DNA from: Eledone cirrhosa
Taxonomy: Eukaryota
Direction: 5' to 3'
NCBI GenBank assembly: GCA_964016885.1
Contig: OZ024747.1
Span: 30,504,001 to 30,568,000 of the forward strand
DNA length: 64,000 bases
How positions within the stretch are numbered: the first letter of the stretch is position 1; every line of letters starts with the position of its first letter. This document shows positions 23,406-37,035 of the stretch, in pieces. Below the pieces are notes generated by a model. It did not search any database. It was not told the origin of the DNA and saw nothing but the letters and a program-made list of their open reading frames with translations. The position numbers were made by a program, and so were the translations under genes.

Positions 23406-25868
23406 CTTAACCTTACACCTGAGCCAGGAATTGTTTGCATCAGTAAGGGAACTGTTTAGACTGTCGGAGAAATGGGACAACGCTGGCTGTCAAATTATTT
23501 TCATGAAACGCTGCCTAAAAAACGATGTAATCCCCAACACCATCAGGAACATCCGCTTACCAGTAAGCCTACGTACACCAGCTTTTCAAAACACCACTAA
23601 CCGCATACATCGCACGTGTATTAAACAGATCCTGAGACATCTCAACCGCCAATTACACTCTCAGAGCGGACATATCGACTGCCAATAGCACCCAGGGACT
23701 TGCTCCTGAAAATCACTAAAGCAATCGACCAGTGCTACCACTCCAGAGTCCAATACCAGAAAAAACGGCTCAAGCGAAAATATGAGTGGATCTTGTCGAA
23801 ACGCCACAACGAGAACATCGACACTAATGAACAGACGGACCAGAACGGTGTGGGAAACAACAACTTAACAACCACCACCACCGCATCCACCAACACCGAG
23901 CCATACCTCAACGATGCGACGCACCTGGTCTCCGACCTAACCGGCACTCTCATGAGCGACGAGCTGAAACTCCTACACCTCGGACCCAAGTTCATCGTCT
24001 CACAACGTCTCGACGACAGACTCAAACTCAACATCGAGGCCAACTTTTGTCGAGCCGCTTACCAAATTAAATGGGTGACCGCCATCAACAGCGCCACAGA
24101 AAATAACAGCGCCAACGCAACCCACCCCAAGTTCTCCACTTACCACCCCCCACCCACCAACCATGAACTGGACACTAAACTCATCAGGCTAAAACACACA
24201 GATATACTTCACAAACACACACACACACGCACAACACATAACCTCACCAAATCTCAACTCACCACTCTCTCCAACCTAAAATCGAAGAACCTCATCTATC
24301 TCCCCTCCGACAAGGGAAAAAAATTCTGCGTCATCAGCAGAGAGGCCTACAACACCCTGGCCCTCCAACACCTTGACGATGACAACCTCTACTCCAAGGT
24401 CACGGAAATCACTCCCACGCAGATAGAAGAGCACATCAAAGCCGCCTGGACCAACATCTGCAACCGGCGGAAGCTCCCGAAGAAGCTGAGATACAACCTC
24501 CTCACGAGGAATAGCAGACTACCCGCCTTCTACCACCTCGTGAAAACACACAAACAGGGACCCGACCTGAAGATCAGGCCCATCGTATCGAGCGTGGAGG
24601 GACCACTCTACAAAATTTCATGGTCTCCTAGCCAGAATACTCAAACCCATCTTAGACACCTTGCCGGGACACGTTAACAGCTCCGAGGAGGTGTTGAAGC
24701 GCCTGCAACAAATGGATCCTGACACCAGAAGGAATAACAGATATGCCTTCAGCCTTGATGTAGTCGCTCTCTACACCTCGGTCCCGGCACTCCCGGCCGT
24801 CAATATACTGATGGAACGCATCCAATCCACCGACCTACACTGCTTCGGGCTCACCACCACTGACATCCACCAACTCCTATCCATCGTCGTCGACAACACT
24901 TACTTCGGATTCCTTGACCAAACATACCAACAAACCTCGGGATTGCCCATGGGATCAAGCCTATCAGGTGCACTAGCGATCTCTTACATGGACAACCTCG
25001 AACGCAAGGCACTCAATGCCTGCCACCCCAACGCCGTAGCCTTTTTCTCAAGGTACGTGGACGATATCCTCATCCTCACATCTTCCCAAGACATGGCGAA
25101 CAGAATCTATGAGACGTTCAACAACACGGACGAGAACATTGACTTCAGTGTTGAACACCCCAACGAAGACGGGTCACTTGCCCTCCTCGAATTCCGAATC
25201 AACATCACGGAACAGGGAAGGATCCACTGCAACTTCTACCGAAAGGCAGCCTGCAGGGACCTGTTCGTTCACTACAAGTCCGCCCTCCCTAACAGTGCCA
25301 AAAGAGGATACATCGCGAACGAGATCGCGCGAATCAAAAACAGATGCAGCGATCCCGCGAGTGGTGTCACTCATACCAAGCGATTCCTCGAGGTGCTAGA
25401 GACGAACGGGTACCCTACCTCGATCACAGACAGAATAAGAGACACCAGATGCAAGAGACAGAGTAGCACCCAAGGCAAGTGCTTCCTTAAAATGCCACAC
25501 CTGGGCGAGAATACCACCAACGCTATCCGCAAGGCTATACGGAGGGAGGGCCTCGACATCCACCTGGCCCACTCGGGCCCCTCCCTGCGAAGATGCCTCT
25601 CCAGGAAACCCGGGAAATCTACTGACGCATGCTCCCTCAGAGACTGCCTGATATGCCATGCGAACTGTTGCCTATGCACATACGTCATGTATAAGATAGA
25701 ATGTGACAGGTGCAACCAATACTACATAGGTAGCACAATCCGACCTTTGCACATCCGGATCAAGGAACACACTAAAACCAGGGCCTCGTCTTTCCGGAAA
25801 CACATAGACAAATGCGGATCTTGTTACCCGGAGATTTACCCATTTGCATTGTCGAGGCTTCCAAACGA

Positions 25869-25870
<2 letters not shown>
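23380..25870 (+). mobile_element. Penelope-like element 2b, near full length, frameshifted, with 3' deletion
   Basis: N-terminal FMKRCLKNDVIP, then LGPKF, PSDKG, RT and GIY-YIG nearly identical to 2a. Ends in a pLTR fragment followed by (TA)n. Confidence 0.93.
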
Positions 25871-25912
<42 letters not shown>

Positions 25913-26027
25913 ATCTTTTCAATAATATCACTTTGATGAATCAAAGAAAGGATAAAAAAAGAAAAACAGACCATTAAATATATTTTCCGTGCTATTTCCA
26001 ACTTCACTTTCTCTCTCTCTCTCTCTC

Positions 26028-26086
<59 letters not shown>

Positions 26087-26133
26087 GGGAGAAAGACAGT
26101 CTCCCCCATATCAACCCAATAGAGGGACCAGCA

Positions 26134-27795
26134 GTGTTAGTCGAGGGGAGTATAATAAGTAAGGCAATCAAGGATATGAAGACGGGTAAGGCGGCTGGGC
26201 CTTCGGAAATAGTTGCTGAGATGCTGAAGGCATCTGGCACGGTGGGACACACCATGGTCACCCGCATAGTTAACCAAGTCGTACAGAATGGGGTTGTTCC
26301 GAAGGACTGGCATAGCAGCATCATCGTTAACTGTTATAAGGGTAAAGGAGACGCCCTAGATAGGAGTAACTATAGAGGCATTAAATTAATCGACCTGGTC
26401 ATGAAGGTCACGGAAAAAGTAATAGCGCAACTAATCAGAGAGAGAATTGACCTAGATGAAATGCAGTTCGGGTTTGTGTCAGGCAAAAGTACCACAGACG
26501 CTCTTTTCATAGTACGACAACTACAGGAGAAGTACCTAGCTAAAGGTAAACCCCTCTACTTAGCTTTTGTCGACTTGGAGAAAGCCTTCGACAGAGTCCC
26601 CCGCTCCATTATCTGGTGGGCTCTTAGAAAACTAGGCGTTGACGAATGGCTTGTGAGGGCTATACAAGCCATGTATAAAGAAACAGTCAGCAAGGTTAGA
26701 ATTAACAACGAATATAGTGAAGAGTTTAGCTTAAAAGTTGGCGTCCATCAGGGCTCTGTTCTCAGCCCCCTACTATTTATTATTGCCCTTCAGGCTATAA
26801 CAGAGGAGTTCAAGACAGGCTGCCCATGGGAACTCCTATACGCAGACGACCTGACACTCATAGCGGAATCAATGGCCGAGCTAGAGAAGAAATTCCAAAC
26901 ATGGAAGCACGGCCTAGAGTCAAAAGGACTTAAAATTAACCTGGCTAAGACCAAAGTTCTAGTTTGTAGGAAAGAAAACAAGGCGGCGGTCCCTTCTGGG
27001 AAATGGTCGTGCTCGGTGTGTAGGAAAGGCGTAGGTAGAAACTCCATTTTATGTCCTAAATGCAAAGTATGGGTGCATAAAAGATGTAGTGGGATCACAG
27101 GTAAGCTAACTAAGAACATAGATTTTACATGTGGCCGGTGTTCTGGTGCAATAAGTAGCAGCAAGTGCCCACAAAATACTAGCTCTTTCAATTGCGCAGA
27201 GGGTTCTATAGAAATAGTGGACAGCTTCCGTTACCTGGGCGATAAAATCAGCAGTGGGGGAGGGTGCTCTGAAAGTACTGTAGCTAGAGTCAGAACTGGT
27301 TGGAAAAAGTTCAGAGAGCTTATACCACTATTAGCTGCTAAAGGGTTCTCCCTAAAAATGAAAGGCAGGTTGTACGATGCCTGCATACGAACAGCAATGC
27401 TGCATGGCAGTGAGACCTGGGCATTGTGTGCAGAGGATATACGCAGACTAGAGAGGAACGAAGCTTGCATGCTCCGCTGGATGTGTAACAGTAATATACG
27501 TGAACGGCAAAGCATAAACGAACTAAGGAAAAAATTAGAGATAAGAGGGATCAGATGTTGTTTACTCGAGAGAAGGCTACGTTGGTATGGACACGTGATG
27601 CGCATGAAAGTCGATAGCTGTATAACAAAGTGCAGGGCAATAAAGATAGACGGTAGTCACGGAATAGGCAGACCTAGAAAAACCTGGGACGAGCTGATAA
27701 ACTCCGACATCACACACTTACACCTCTCCAAGACAATGTCACTGGACCGAGACCTTTGGCGGTACTCAGTAACAGAGAAGACCCGCCTTACCTAA
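26134..27795 (+). CDS. RTE-clade LINE reverse transcriptase with inserted PHD finger (5'-truncated element ~26086-28190)
   Basis: YKGKGD..NYRGI, QFGF, FVDLEKAFD, GVHQGSVLSP, YADD, then CSVC..CPKC..HKRC..CGRC, FRYLG, RRLRWYGHV, GRPRKTW. 3' UTR ends in a (GAT)n tail. Confidence 0.95.
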   Translation: MLVEGSIISKAIKDMKTGKAAGPSEIVAEMLKASGTVGHTMVTRIVNQVVQNGVVPKDWHSSIIVNCYKGKGDALDRSNYRGIKLIDLVMKVTEKVIAQLIRERIDLDEMQFGFVSGKSTTDALFIVRQLQEKYLAKGKPLYLAFVDLEKAFDRVPRSIIWWALRKLGVDEWLVRAIQAMYKETVSKVRINNEYSEEFSLKVGVHQGSVLSPLLFIIALQAITEEFKTGCPWELLYADDLTLIAESMAELEKKFQTWKHGLESKGLKINLAKTKVLVCRKENKAAVPSGKWSCSVCRKGVGRNSILCPKCKVWVHKRCSGITGKLTKNIDFTCGRCSGAISSSKCPQNTSSFNCAEGSIEIVDSFRYLGDKISSGGGCSESTVARVRTGWKKFRELIPLLAAKGFSLKMKGRLYDACIRTAMLHGSETWALCAEDIRRLERNEACMLRWMCNSNIRERQSINELRKKLEIRGIRCCLLERRLRWYGHVMRMKVDSCITKCRAIKIDGSHGIGRPRKTWDELINSDITHLHLSKTMSLDRDLWRYSVTEKTRLT

Positions 27796-28267
27796 ATATA
27801 TAGTAAAACCTACTCCAGCCAGTAGGCATCTCTAACAAAATACACCCCGTCCCACCACCACCCCCACCCCATCCACACCACCCCGTTCTATGTAAAGTTA
27901 TGTTGGTGCCGCGCCATCCAGGCCGAAACAAATGAGATCGTGTAGGTGTCACAACAAAAAAACACACAGTCCACGCTGTAATGTGGCCGTGTAGGCAACA
28001 CGGTAAAAACCTCCCAGACCCACACTGTAAATGTGGTTGGTGTTAGGAAGGGCATCCAACTGTAGAAAACCTGCCAGACAGTCCTATGCGAGCAAGACAA
28101 TCACTCTTGCCTCAAGTGGGACTACCCCCGTCCAAACCCATGCAAGCGTGGAACACGGACGTTAAACGTTGATGATGATGATGATGATGATATATATATA
28201 TATGTGTGTGTGTGTGTACAAATTCTGCCCATCTACTACCATTATTAACAATTAATAATGATGTATG

Positions 28268-28650
28268 CTATAGGCACAAGACCAGCAATTTTGGGGGAGG
28301 GGAAAGTCGATTAAATCAAGCCTAGTGCATTACTATTGCTTTATTTTATCGACTCAATAAGGATGAAAGGTAAAGCTAACTTCGGCGGGATTTGAACTTA
28401 GAACATAAAGAGCCATAACTATGCTGCAAAGCATGGTGTCTGACGCTCTACCAATACTGTTAATAATTGTTTCTACTTTTGGCACAAGGCCAGCAAGTAT
28501 ACCACTGCATTACTGGTACTTTATTTTATCGACTCCATAAGGATGAAAGGCAAAGTTAATGCCGGCGAGATTTGAACTCAGATCGTAAAGGGCCGTAACT
28601 ATGCTGGAAAGCATGGCTTCTGACCCTGTACTGATACTGCCAATCCATGT
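28268..28650 (-). mobile_element. Two tandem SINE family A copies
   Basis: Two consecutive reverse-complement copies, ~28268-28460 and ~28465-28650. Confidence 0.8.
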
Positions 28651-29306
28651 AAAGATGACCACAGCAATGCATCTTTGAATTGGCTCATTTAATATAACTA
28701 ATATTTTTCAGTTTTGAGTGAAAATTCTTTTATGGTCATTTTGGTAATTCATTCATCCTGAATCAATAAAATAGCTATATCTATATTCAACTAAATTTTA
28801 TTCAATCAATTTTACATCTACAAAAGAAGTAGCTTTGAGCAGATTTAAAAAAAGATAATATATAGATATTAAAAAAAAAGTTAAATGCACTATTTATCAA
28901 ATAATACTTTTCTTAGCCACTTCATTTGGACTTTCAGATAACCAAATTATCATTTACTGCTCTGTTTAATAATTAGATAAAAATATTTGCCAGAAGACAT
29001 GGTTTTGAGAATAATTAATTAATGTACAAATTACTGCTGTAAGATTTTATATCAATTTCTATTAAAAATAGCACTGAAATTTATTAAAGCAAAAAGGTAT
29101 TGAATTATATAAAAAGTGAAGTTAAATATAACTTATTTGAAGATTTATTTATACCAGAAAATGTATTAATCTATTTTCAGCAAGCTGAGTTTTTATTATG
29201 TAAAACTCAAACATAATGTTTGCAAAAGAGATTTTTCTTTATAAGAAAGTATATATTTCAATAATATATTTATATAACATGGTAAAACCCTAAGCTAGTA
29301 TTTGTG

Positions 29307-29363
<57 letters not shown>

Positions 29364-29864
29364 TCATCATCATCATCATAATTGATTAACGCATTTCTTC
29401 CACGCTATCATGGGTTAGACGGATTTGTCTCATTTAGGCAAGTTGTGTCGGGTGACCATTGTCTCACTCATATAGGAGTGTTACTGGCTGGTTTCTATGG
29501 CTAACCACATTGACAGTGTGTGCTGGGTGCTTTTTGCCATGTCTTTTACATGTCCACTTTACAGTGTGGGCTGGATGTTTTGTGGTACCAGCATAATATA
29601 CAAATATATATATATATACATGCACATATCATGATAATGATATACACATATATATATTTGCATGCATATACATATACCATATATGTAATATATACACACT
29701 TCATACATATACATACACACTTCATATATATACACACATAAATATATCATCAACTTCGTTGATTAGCGTCCATCATTCATGGGTAGGAAGGATTGACCCT
29801 TGTTTAGCTCACCTGGGGCAGATTTTGGCTTGGTTTCTACAGCTGGGTGCCCTTTTTACTGCCA

Positions 29865-30228
29865 ATCACATTTACAGTGTGTGCTGGGTGCGTTTTGTCA
29901 TGTCACCTACACAACCACTTTACAGTGTGGACTGGGCACCTTTGTCATGTCAGGTGACATGACCACATTACAGTGTGGACTGGGCACCTTTGTCATGTCA
30001 CCTACATGACCACATTACAGTGTGGACTGGGTACCTTTGTCATGTCACCTACATGACCACATTACAGTGTGGACTAGACACCTTTGTCATGTCACCGACA
30101 TGACCACATTACAGTGTAGACTGGACACCTTTGTCATGTCACCTATATGACCACATTACAGTGTGGACTGGACACCTTTGTCATGTCACCTACACGACCA
30201 CATTACAGTGTGGACTGGGCACCTTTGT
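29865..30228. repeat. 47-bp minisatellite (~7.5 copies) in an RTE 3' UTR
   Basis: CATGACCACATTACAGTGTGGACTGGGCACCTTTGTCATGTCACCTA starting at 29958, 30005, 30052, 30099, 30146 and 30193. Confidence 0.9.
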
Positions 30229-30379
30229 CTTGGGATTAGGGAGGGGGGAGGAAGCTTGAGGAAAATGTAGACAGGGTAGTAGGGGAGGTGCGGTTACTGC
30301 TAAGGGAGGTGAATGAGAGGGGAGAATGTTGAGGAAGGTGTTGCCTACTAGGTATAAACCTCATTCTGAGAATAATAGA

Positions 30380-30830
30380 GGGTGGGTCTTCTGTAAAACT
30401 GCATAGTGCCAGAGGTCAAGATGCTGTGTCATTGCCTTTCAGAGGTGTAATTGTGCAAGGTCAGCTTTTATTACCTCATCCCAAGTCTTCCCAGGCCTGC
30501 CCACACCATTGTTACCATCAACTTTGAACGCTCTGCATCTTATTATACAGCTGTCATCCTTTATACGCACCACATGTCCATACCAACACAATCTCCTCTC
30601 CTTCATGTAACAGCTGATCTCTCTTATGCCTAATTTCTCATGCAGTATATTTATATTTTGCTGTTCACATATATTGCTATTGCACATCCAGCGAAGCATG
30701 GAGGCTTCATTTCTTTCCTATCTTTGCAGGTCCTCAGCACACAGTGCCCAGGTCTTGCTGCTGTGCAACATTGTTGTTCATATACATGCATCATACAGTC
30801 TGCCTTTCATTTTGAGGTAGTAGCTCCCTG
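30380..30830 (-). mobile_element. RTE LINE 3' remnant
   Basis: MLRWMCNSNI...ERRLCWYGHV...GRPGKTW, homologous to 27400-27790. Confidence 0.85.
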
Positions 30831-31098
30831 GATTTTCTCCAGCCCGATCTCGCCACTACTGATTTGGTCACCCAGGAAACTATCTACCTCTCAGCATTGA
30901 ATGTGGTTATATCCTGAGAGATAAAACCACCTTCAAATGCTCATATATATATAAGATGTGATTAATGAGTGAATGAGTTGATTGGTTAAAGAAATATTTA
31001 TTATTTAATGTAGCAACTTGGTGTGTTTCTAGCAAAGACACTCAATTGGCTATTTCCTGTGGCTACAAATAAAGATTTCAGGGCTTGTGCTTATGTCA

Positions 31099-31141
<43 letters not shown>

Positions 31142-33639
31142 ATATATATTTATATAGGACCAGGTATGTGGATACAATGCCATCCAAATTCAGAGAACTC
31201 CTTGGACAAACTGAAGATATTGATACAGAGTAGAGACTGTTTAGCTCAGCAGTTTCTGCTTCAAATATTAAATCCTACAAGGAAAAGTGGCTCAGAATGA
31301 TGCAGGGTGGTAGGAGGACATTCTGGATAAATCAGGAGATGAAAGATGCCATCCAAGCAAAGAAGGAAGCTTACAAAACTTGACTTGGGAATAAGTTTTC
31401 CTTCTTGCACTCGCAGTTAAAGCAGGTGCAAAAAGTTGCAGCAGAGACAGTAAAGGTGTCCAAGGTTATGACATGAGAGGAATCAGAATATAGATCAGCA
31501 AAATATTATTCTCGTTGACAATCCACCAACTTCCAAATAAGATGTCCTCTACCATACCTGCATGTCTGTTTGTTTTTTTTCTTCTCTAAAGTGAGGTGTA
31601 GAATAGTTTGCAGATCTCCTAAATTCAGTTGCAAAAAGCTCTTCTAATGTACATGAGGTGCCTTTAGGGGAAAAACTAACATCGTGGCAGCCAAGAGAAC
31701 TGATGCAGTTAAAGCACTCAATGTGGCTAGGAATCTGGTTAGGATAAAATTCACCTTGAGATGTTAAAACCCTTTAATAGATAAGGTATGCTTTGTTTGA
31801 GTCATGTGTGCCATGTGGCCAGGGTATAAATTAGAATTTGAAAAACTCAATTCAAAATCTTAATATAAGAGGACTATCTCAAGTTATTAAAAGTAATGAG
31901 ATATTCAATCCATTTGTAATAAAGAATTAACATATACACGTCATTATTAGTGTGTTCTATTTGCAACTATATATTGAAATAATATTTCAGTGTAGAACTA
32001 AAGTGATAATTAATTAAAATTATAAGGATAATAACAATCATTTTCTAAATGACTATTTCTGGTATGGGGAGGGGGAGACAACCTTGAAGTAATCAAAATT
32101 AATTAAATAAGGAGTGTAATGGGTGTATGGGGAGTATGATATTTGGCATTACAGTGTCAAATTCGGCTAGTGAGCCACTAAACGTCAGATAAAAGAAGAC
32201 AATGGTGGAAGATTGTTTAATATATTTTCCAATTTCATCTCTTCGATTTCTAATCAGACAATTCTCATTTAACTTGCTTTTTGTTCTTAATGGTTTTAAC
32301 AGCAGGAAATGTGAATGTTTCTAATGACTGTAATGCTATAATGAAATACAGGAAGTTTTGAGTTGCAATAAGAATTTAATATTACAGTAAACCACAGATA
32401 TAATCATTTCAATATATTGATGTTGATGTTTAACAGAAAGTTAGTCTTGATTAATCAGACCTATAATAAAAGGTATTTAACACTTTTGATACCAAGTTCA
32501 TGATAGCCACCTCTAGTTCTATTATACAAATTAGTTTATATATTTGTCTATAAACCTTCAATCATGGTTTCATGTAATAATTCTTCGAACTCCAGTTTGA
32601 TAATGGCTTCTGATTCAGGTCAACAATTTTGGGGGGAGAGGAATGTCAACCCCAGTGCATTACTGCTACTTTATTTCATTGAACTCAGAATGTAAAGGGC
32701 CGTAACTGTATGCCACAAAGCATGTTGTCTGATGCTCTACCGATACTCTAGTTTAATAATGACAAAGCTTTACTGAATCTCTCCAAAATTAACTGAAACA
32801 TTTAACGAGAGCATTCCATTAAATATATAATGAAAGGGTTAATTATTAACTTCTATTTTGTCAGACAGATAGGTTTCAATCATCATCATCATCAATAACT
32901 TGTATATGTTTTGCATTGCTAAAAAGTATAAGTCATGAAATCAGATACTACAATTAGTAATTCCAGTAAATGGTAAAATCATCATCAATTAACATCTGTT
33001 TTCCATGCTAGCAAGTGTTGGATAGACCAAGTTAGTATTCAAGCAAGACTACTGATCTAACCTCTCAGATGGGCTGAGGGTGCGCATCTCATTTAAATAT
33101 AACTTACACTCTATCAAATACATTTTCGCATGACACCAGCACTAGGGAGGGAAGGGTCCTCACAAACATACATTTGGCAAGCTTTCTATGGCTGGACGTC
33201 CTTCCTATCATCAACTACTTTACAAAGTGTATTGAGTGCGTTTATTATATAGATCACCTGACTTGTCTAGCAACATAATGGAAAAACCATTTAACCTGTG
33301 TAAGCTTGGAAACCAGATGAATAATTTAAAATGAGTATGAAATATGTAAAATTATTCGAAAGTATACAAAAATTTATTTCAGATACCACTATTTCGAAAC
33401 TATATTCCAGACAAAGGGTTGGGTGGAATATAGTTTCAGCCATGTCAAGGACATGACAGCCTATCCAGTGTTGGTGATCTACAAGATAAACACACTCAGT
33501 ACACACTGTAAAGGATAGCAAGAGCACCAGCATATAAATCTTGACAAACAAAGGGGAGGGAAGACACTCAGTTGTGTCAAAGACACGACAACCTCTGTGT
33601 GCACTTGGTAGAATGAAAAACCATACATAAGTGAGACAC

Positions 33640-33960
33640 AAATCCCTGGCCTGTCAGGGAGATCAGGACCTCCGCTTCAGTCCTGACTTAATGTATGTAG
33701 ACCCATCCAACCTTTGGTAGCAGGGAAAGTGGATGTTAAAACAATGATGATAATAATGATGATACATATATATACATACATTTATGAAGCATCTCATTAT
33801 ATATGTGTGGTTGTATGTATATATATATACATATATGTATACAGATCCCTGACCTATCTGGAAGATCAGTAGCTCTATTTCAGTATTGACTTGGTATATA
33901 TAGACCCGTCCAACCCTTGCTAGTGGGGAAAGTGGATGTTAAAACGATGATGATGATGAT
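33640..33960 (+). repeat. Duplicated RTE-type 3' tail (~200-bp period)
   Basis: ATCCCTG.CCT.TC..G.AGATCAG...GGGAAAGTGGATGTTAAAAC.ATGATGAT occurs twice. Confidence 0.65.
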
Positions 33961-34258
33961 CTCGCATTTTATCAGAAACGGTTTTGAGATTTTTCTTCAC
34001 CAGAATATTCTCCGATTATTAAATTATCTATTGGCTTCAATCCATTCAGGAGATTTTTCAGATATTAATGAAGATTGAATTAATAGAAATTGCTTTGACA
34101 AATTAATTTCAAGGAAGTAGAGTAGGAAAATAAACCAATTAATAGTTTAGATCAAAACAAATCATATTTGATATCTACACCCTCTTTTTAAATATAAAGT
34201 ATGTAAGAATAAAGGCAACATTATGTAAATCTAATTTTAAAAGAATTGAAAAAATGAG

Positions 34259-34293
<35 letters not shown>

Positions 34294-34309
34294 TTTGATA
34301 TATATATAT

Positions 34310-36680
34310 ATAAGCCAGATTGACTTTGTGCTAGTTAGGCAGCGAGACAGACAGATGGTGTCATTTACTAAGGTATACCCCAAGGAAGAATGTACCCCAC
34401 AGCATAGGTTAGTTGTTAGTGACATCTCAGTAAGCAAGAGACAAAATGAGATATACAGGAAGGTGTGGAAAAGGAAGGTCTGGAAGCTAAAAGACCTTTC
34501 ACTAAAACTTACATTTAGGGAGGCTCTTTATGACGAAAAAGAAGACAATTTAGAATTATATGACATAGATGATAACTGGAATTTCTTTTCTTACGAGACA
34601 ACTTACTGCAGGCTACTGAAGAAACTTGTGCCTGGAGCAGAGCTCTGACCAGACAGAGAGTGACTTGGTGGTGGAATAGCATGGTAGATAGAGCCATTAG
34701 AGACAAAAGACTAGCATGAAATGCTTGGAAAAATGGTGGGAGTAGAGAAGGAAAGAGCCGCTAAGAGAGAAGTAGACATCAGGTGTACTTAGCACGCAGT
34801 GAGGCTGAGAGTAGGGGGTTTGCCAATGTTCTGCGACAGTGTTCCGCATTGCGAGGCAGTGTATTGAAATGATGCCGGTGTACTTAGTGTCACTAACGAT
34901 CAGAAAAAGGAGGCCTGGAAATGTCATTATGAGGGACTGATGAATGTGGAGAACGAATGGGAGAGAGAGAAATTATCTCCATTAGACCTGACAGAGGGAC
35001 CAGCTATTGAGATTGACGAATAGAGGGTTCATGAGGCAATTAAGGAAACGAAAAATGGTAAGGCTACTTGACCGTCGGGAATAGTTGCTGAGATGCTGAA
35101 GGCATCAGGAGAAGTAGACATTAAACTAGTTGCATGCATCATCATTCAAGCTATATATGGCAGAGTCATACCCAAAGACTGGTGCAGCAGTATTCTCATA
35201 AATTACTACAAAGGTAAAGGGGATGCTCTGGAGAGGAGCAATTATAGGGGCATAAAACTGATAGATCAGGTTATGAAAGTGGCAGAGAGAATATTAGCGC
35301 AATTAATTACAGAAAGGGTCAAATTAGATGCAGTTTGGTTTTATGCCTGGGAAAAGTACAACAGATGCCCTCTTCTTAGTGAGACAACTACAAGAGAGGT
35401 TCTTAGAGAAGAATAAGCCACTATACTTAACTTTTGTTGACCTAGTGAAGGCCTTTGATAGGGTACCCTGATCTGTCATCTGGTGGTCCCTAAGGAAACT
35501 AGGTGAAGAGGAATGGCTTGTGAGGACAGTGCAAGTTATGTACAGAGGTGCTGTTGGGTAAAGTGAGAGTAGGAATGGAGTTTAGTGAAGAATTCCAAAT
35601 ACAAGTAGGAGTACATCAGGGTTCGGTCCTCAGCCCATTCTTGTTCATTATAGTCCTCCAAGCCATTACAGAGGAGTTTAAGACTGGCTTCCCATGGGAA
35701 CTTCTCTATGCAGAATCAGTAGAGGAGCTAGAGAATAAATTCTGGCTATAGAACTTCTCTATGCTGATGATCTAGTTCTTATAGCAGAATCAGTACAGGA
35801 GCTAGAGAATAAATTCTGGCTATGGAAACAGCAGTTGGAATGAAGAGGACAGAGCGAACCTAGCTAAGACAAAAATGTTGATAAGTAGAAAATAGGAAAA
35901 AACTCTGATTCCTTCAGGGAAATGGCCATGTTCGATATGTAGAAAAGGAACTGGCATAAATTCTAGAAAATCTACACAAGATATGTAGTGAAATAGCAGG
36001 CAAACTAACAGGTAGGGAAAACTATGTATGCAGTAGATGTACAAGGAAATTTGACAGTAAAAGTCGCAGTGATAGACACATTTTTCAAATGCAGGTGGGT
36101 TCTATAGAAGTGGTTGATAGCTTCTGGTACCTAGGTGATCAGATTAGCATGGGAGCAGGGTGTTCCGAGGCCATAGTATCTAAAATAAGGACTGGTAGGA
36201 AGAAGTTTATGGAGCTGTTTCCTCTGTTGATATAGAAAGGTTTCTCCCTGCATATAAAAGGCCTGTTATATGATGCCTGTGTGAGATGCTTGATGCTGCA
36301 TGGTAGTGAGACATGGGCAGCAACTGCAGAGGATATGCGATGGCTGGAGAGAAATGAATCAATCATGCTCCATTGGATGTGCAATGTCAATGTGCGTGAA
36401 TGACTAAGAAGGATAAACTGTGGTGTATAGGAGAGAAGACTGCAATAGTATGGACATGTGATGCACATGGAGGATGATCACTGGGTAAAGAAGTGCCAAG
36501 AAATCCCAGTAGAAGGAAGACCACGAAAAACAGGGGCGAAGGTGGTGAGAGCAGACCTCAGATTGCTGAAACTAACAGAGGAGATGACGAAGGACTGTGA
36601 CAAGGTAAGAGATGCTGTGCTGAATAGGACCTGTCTCACTCTTGCAAGTAGGGAGAAGAGGACATAAAATGATGATGATG
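34310..36680 (+). mobile_element. Degenerate RTE LINE (end of APE domain through RT to tail)
   Basis: SQIDFVLV..QHRLVV, YKGKGD, GVHQGSVLSP, GRPRKT. Many stops and frameshifts. Confidence 0.9.
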
Positions 36681-36711
<31 letters not shown>

Positions 36712-37035
36712 TGGAGGCATATGGCTTAGTGGTTAGAGCATTGGTCGTGCAATCAGACCGGGTGATGTGTTGTTTCCTTGAGAAAGACACTTTATTTCAC
36801 ATTGCTCCAGTTTACTCAACTGTAGAAATGCGATGATAGGGACTGGGGTCCATATCATTCCACGTGAAGTGGTCGTGGAGGTGCCACGGCAAAAAAGAAC
36901 CCAGCACTCACTGTAAATGAGGTTGGTATTAGGAAGGGCATCCAGCTGTAGAAATCAAGTCAGAATCAGTTCCTGTCCCACCCTTGCAAGCAGGGAAAAA
37001 GCGGACGTAAAATGAAATGATGATGATGATGATGA
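36712..37035 (+). mobile_element. tRNA-derived SINE family B (CORE-like body, RTE-like tail)
   Basis: TGGCTTAGTGGTTAGAGCA head, TTCCTTGAG.AAGACACTTTATTTCAC body, GGAAGGGCATCCAGCTGTAGAAA tail shared with the RTE 3' UTR, (GAT)n. Confidence 0.8.

Noticed and set aside
29865-30228. CRISPR-like regular array
   Set aside because: Head-to-tail repeats with no unique spacers, in a eukaryotic retroelement context, with no cas genes.
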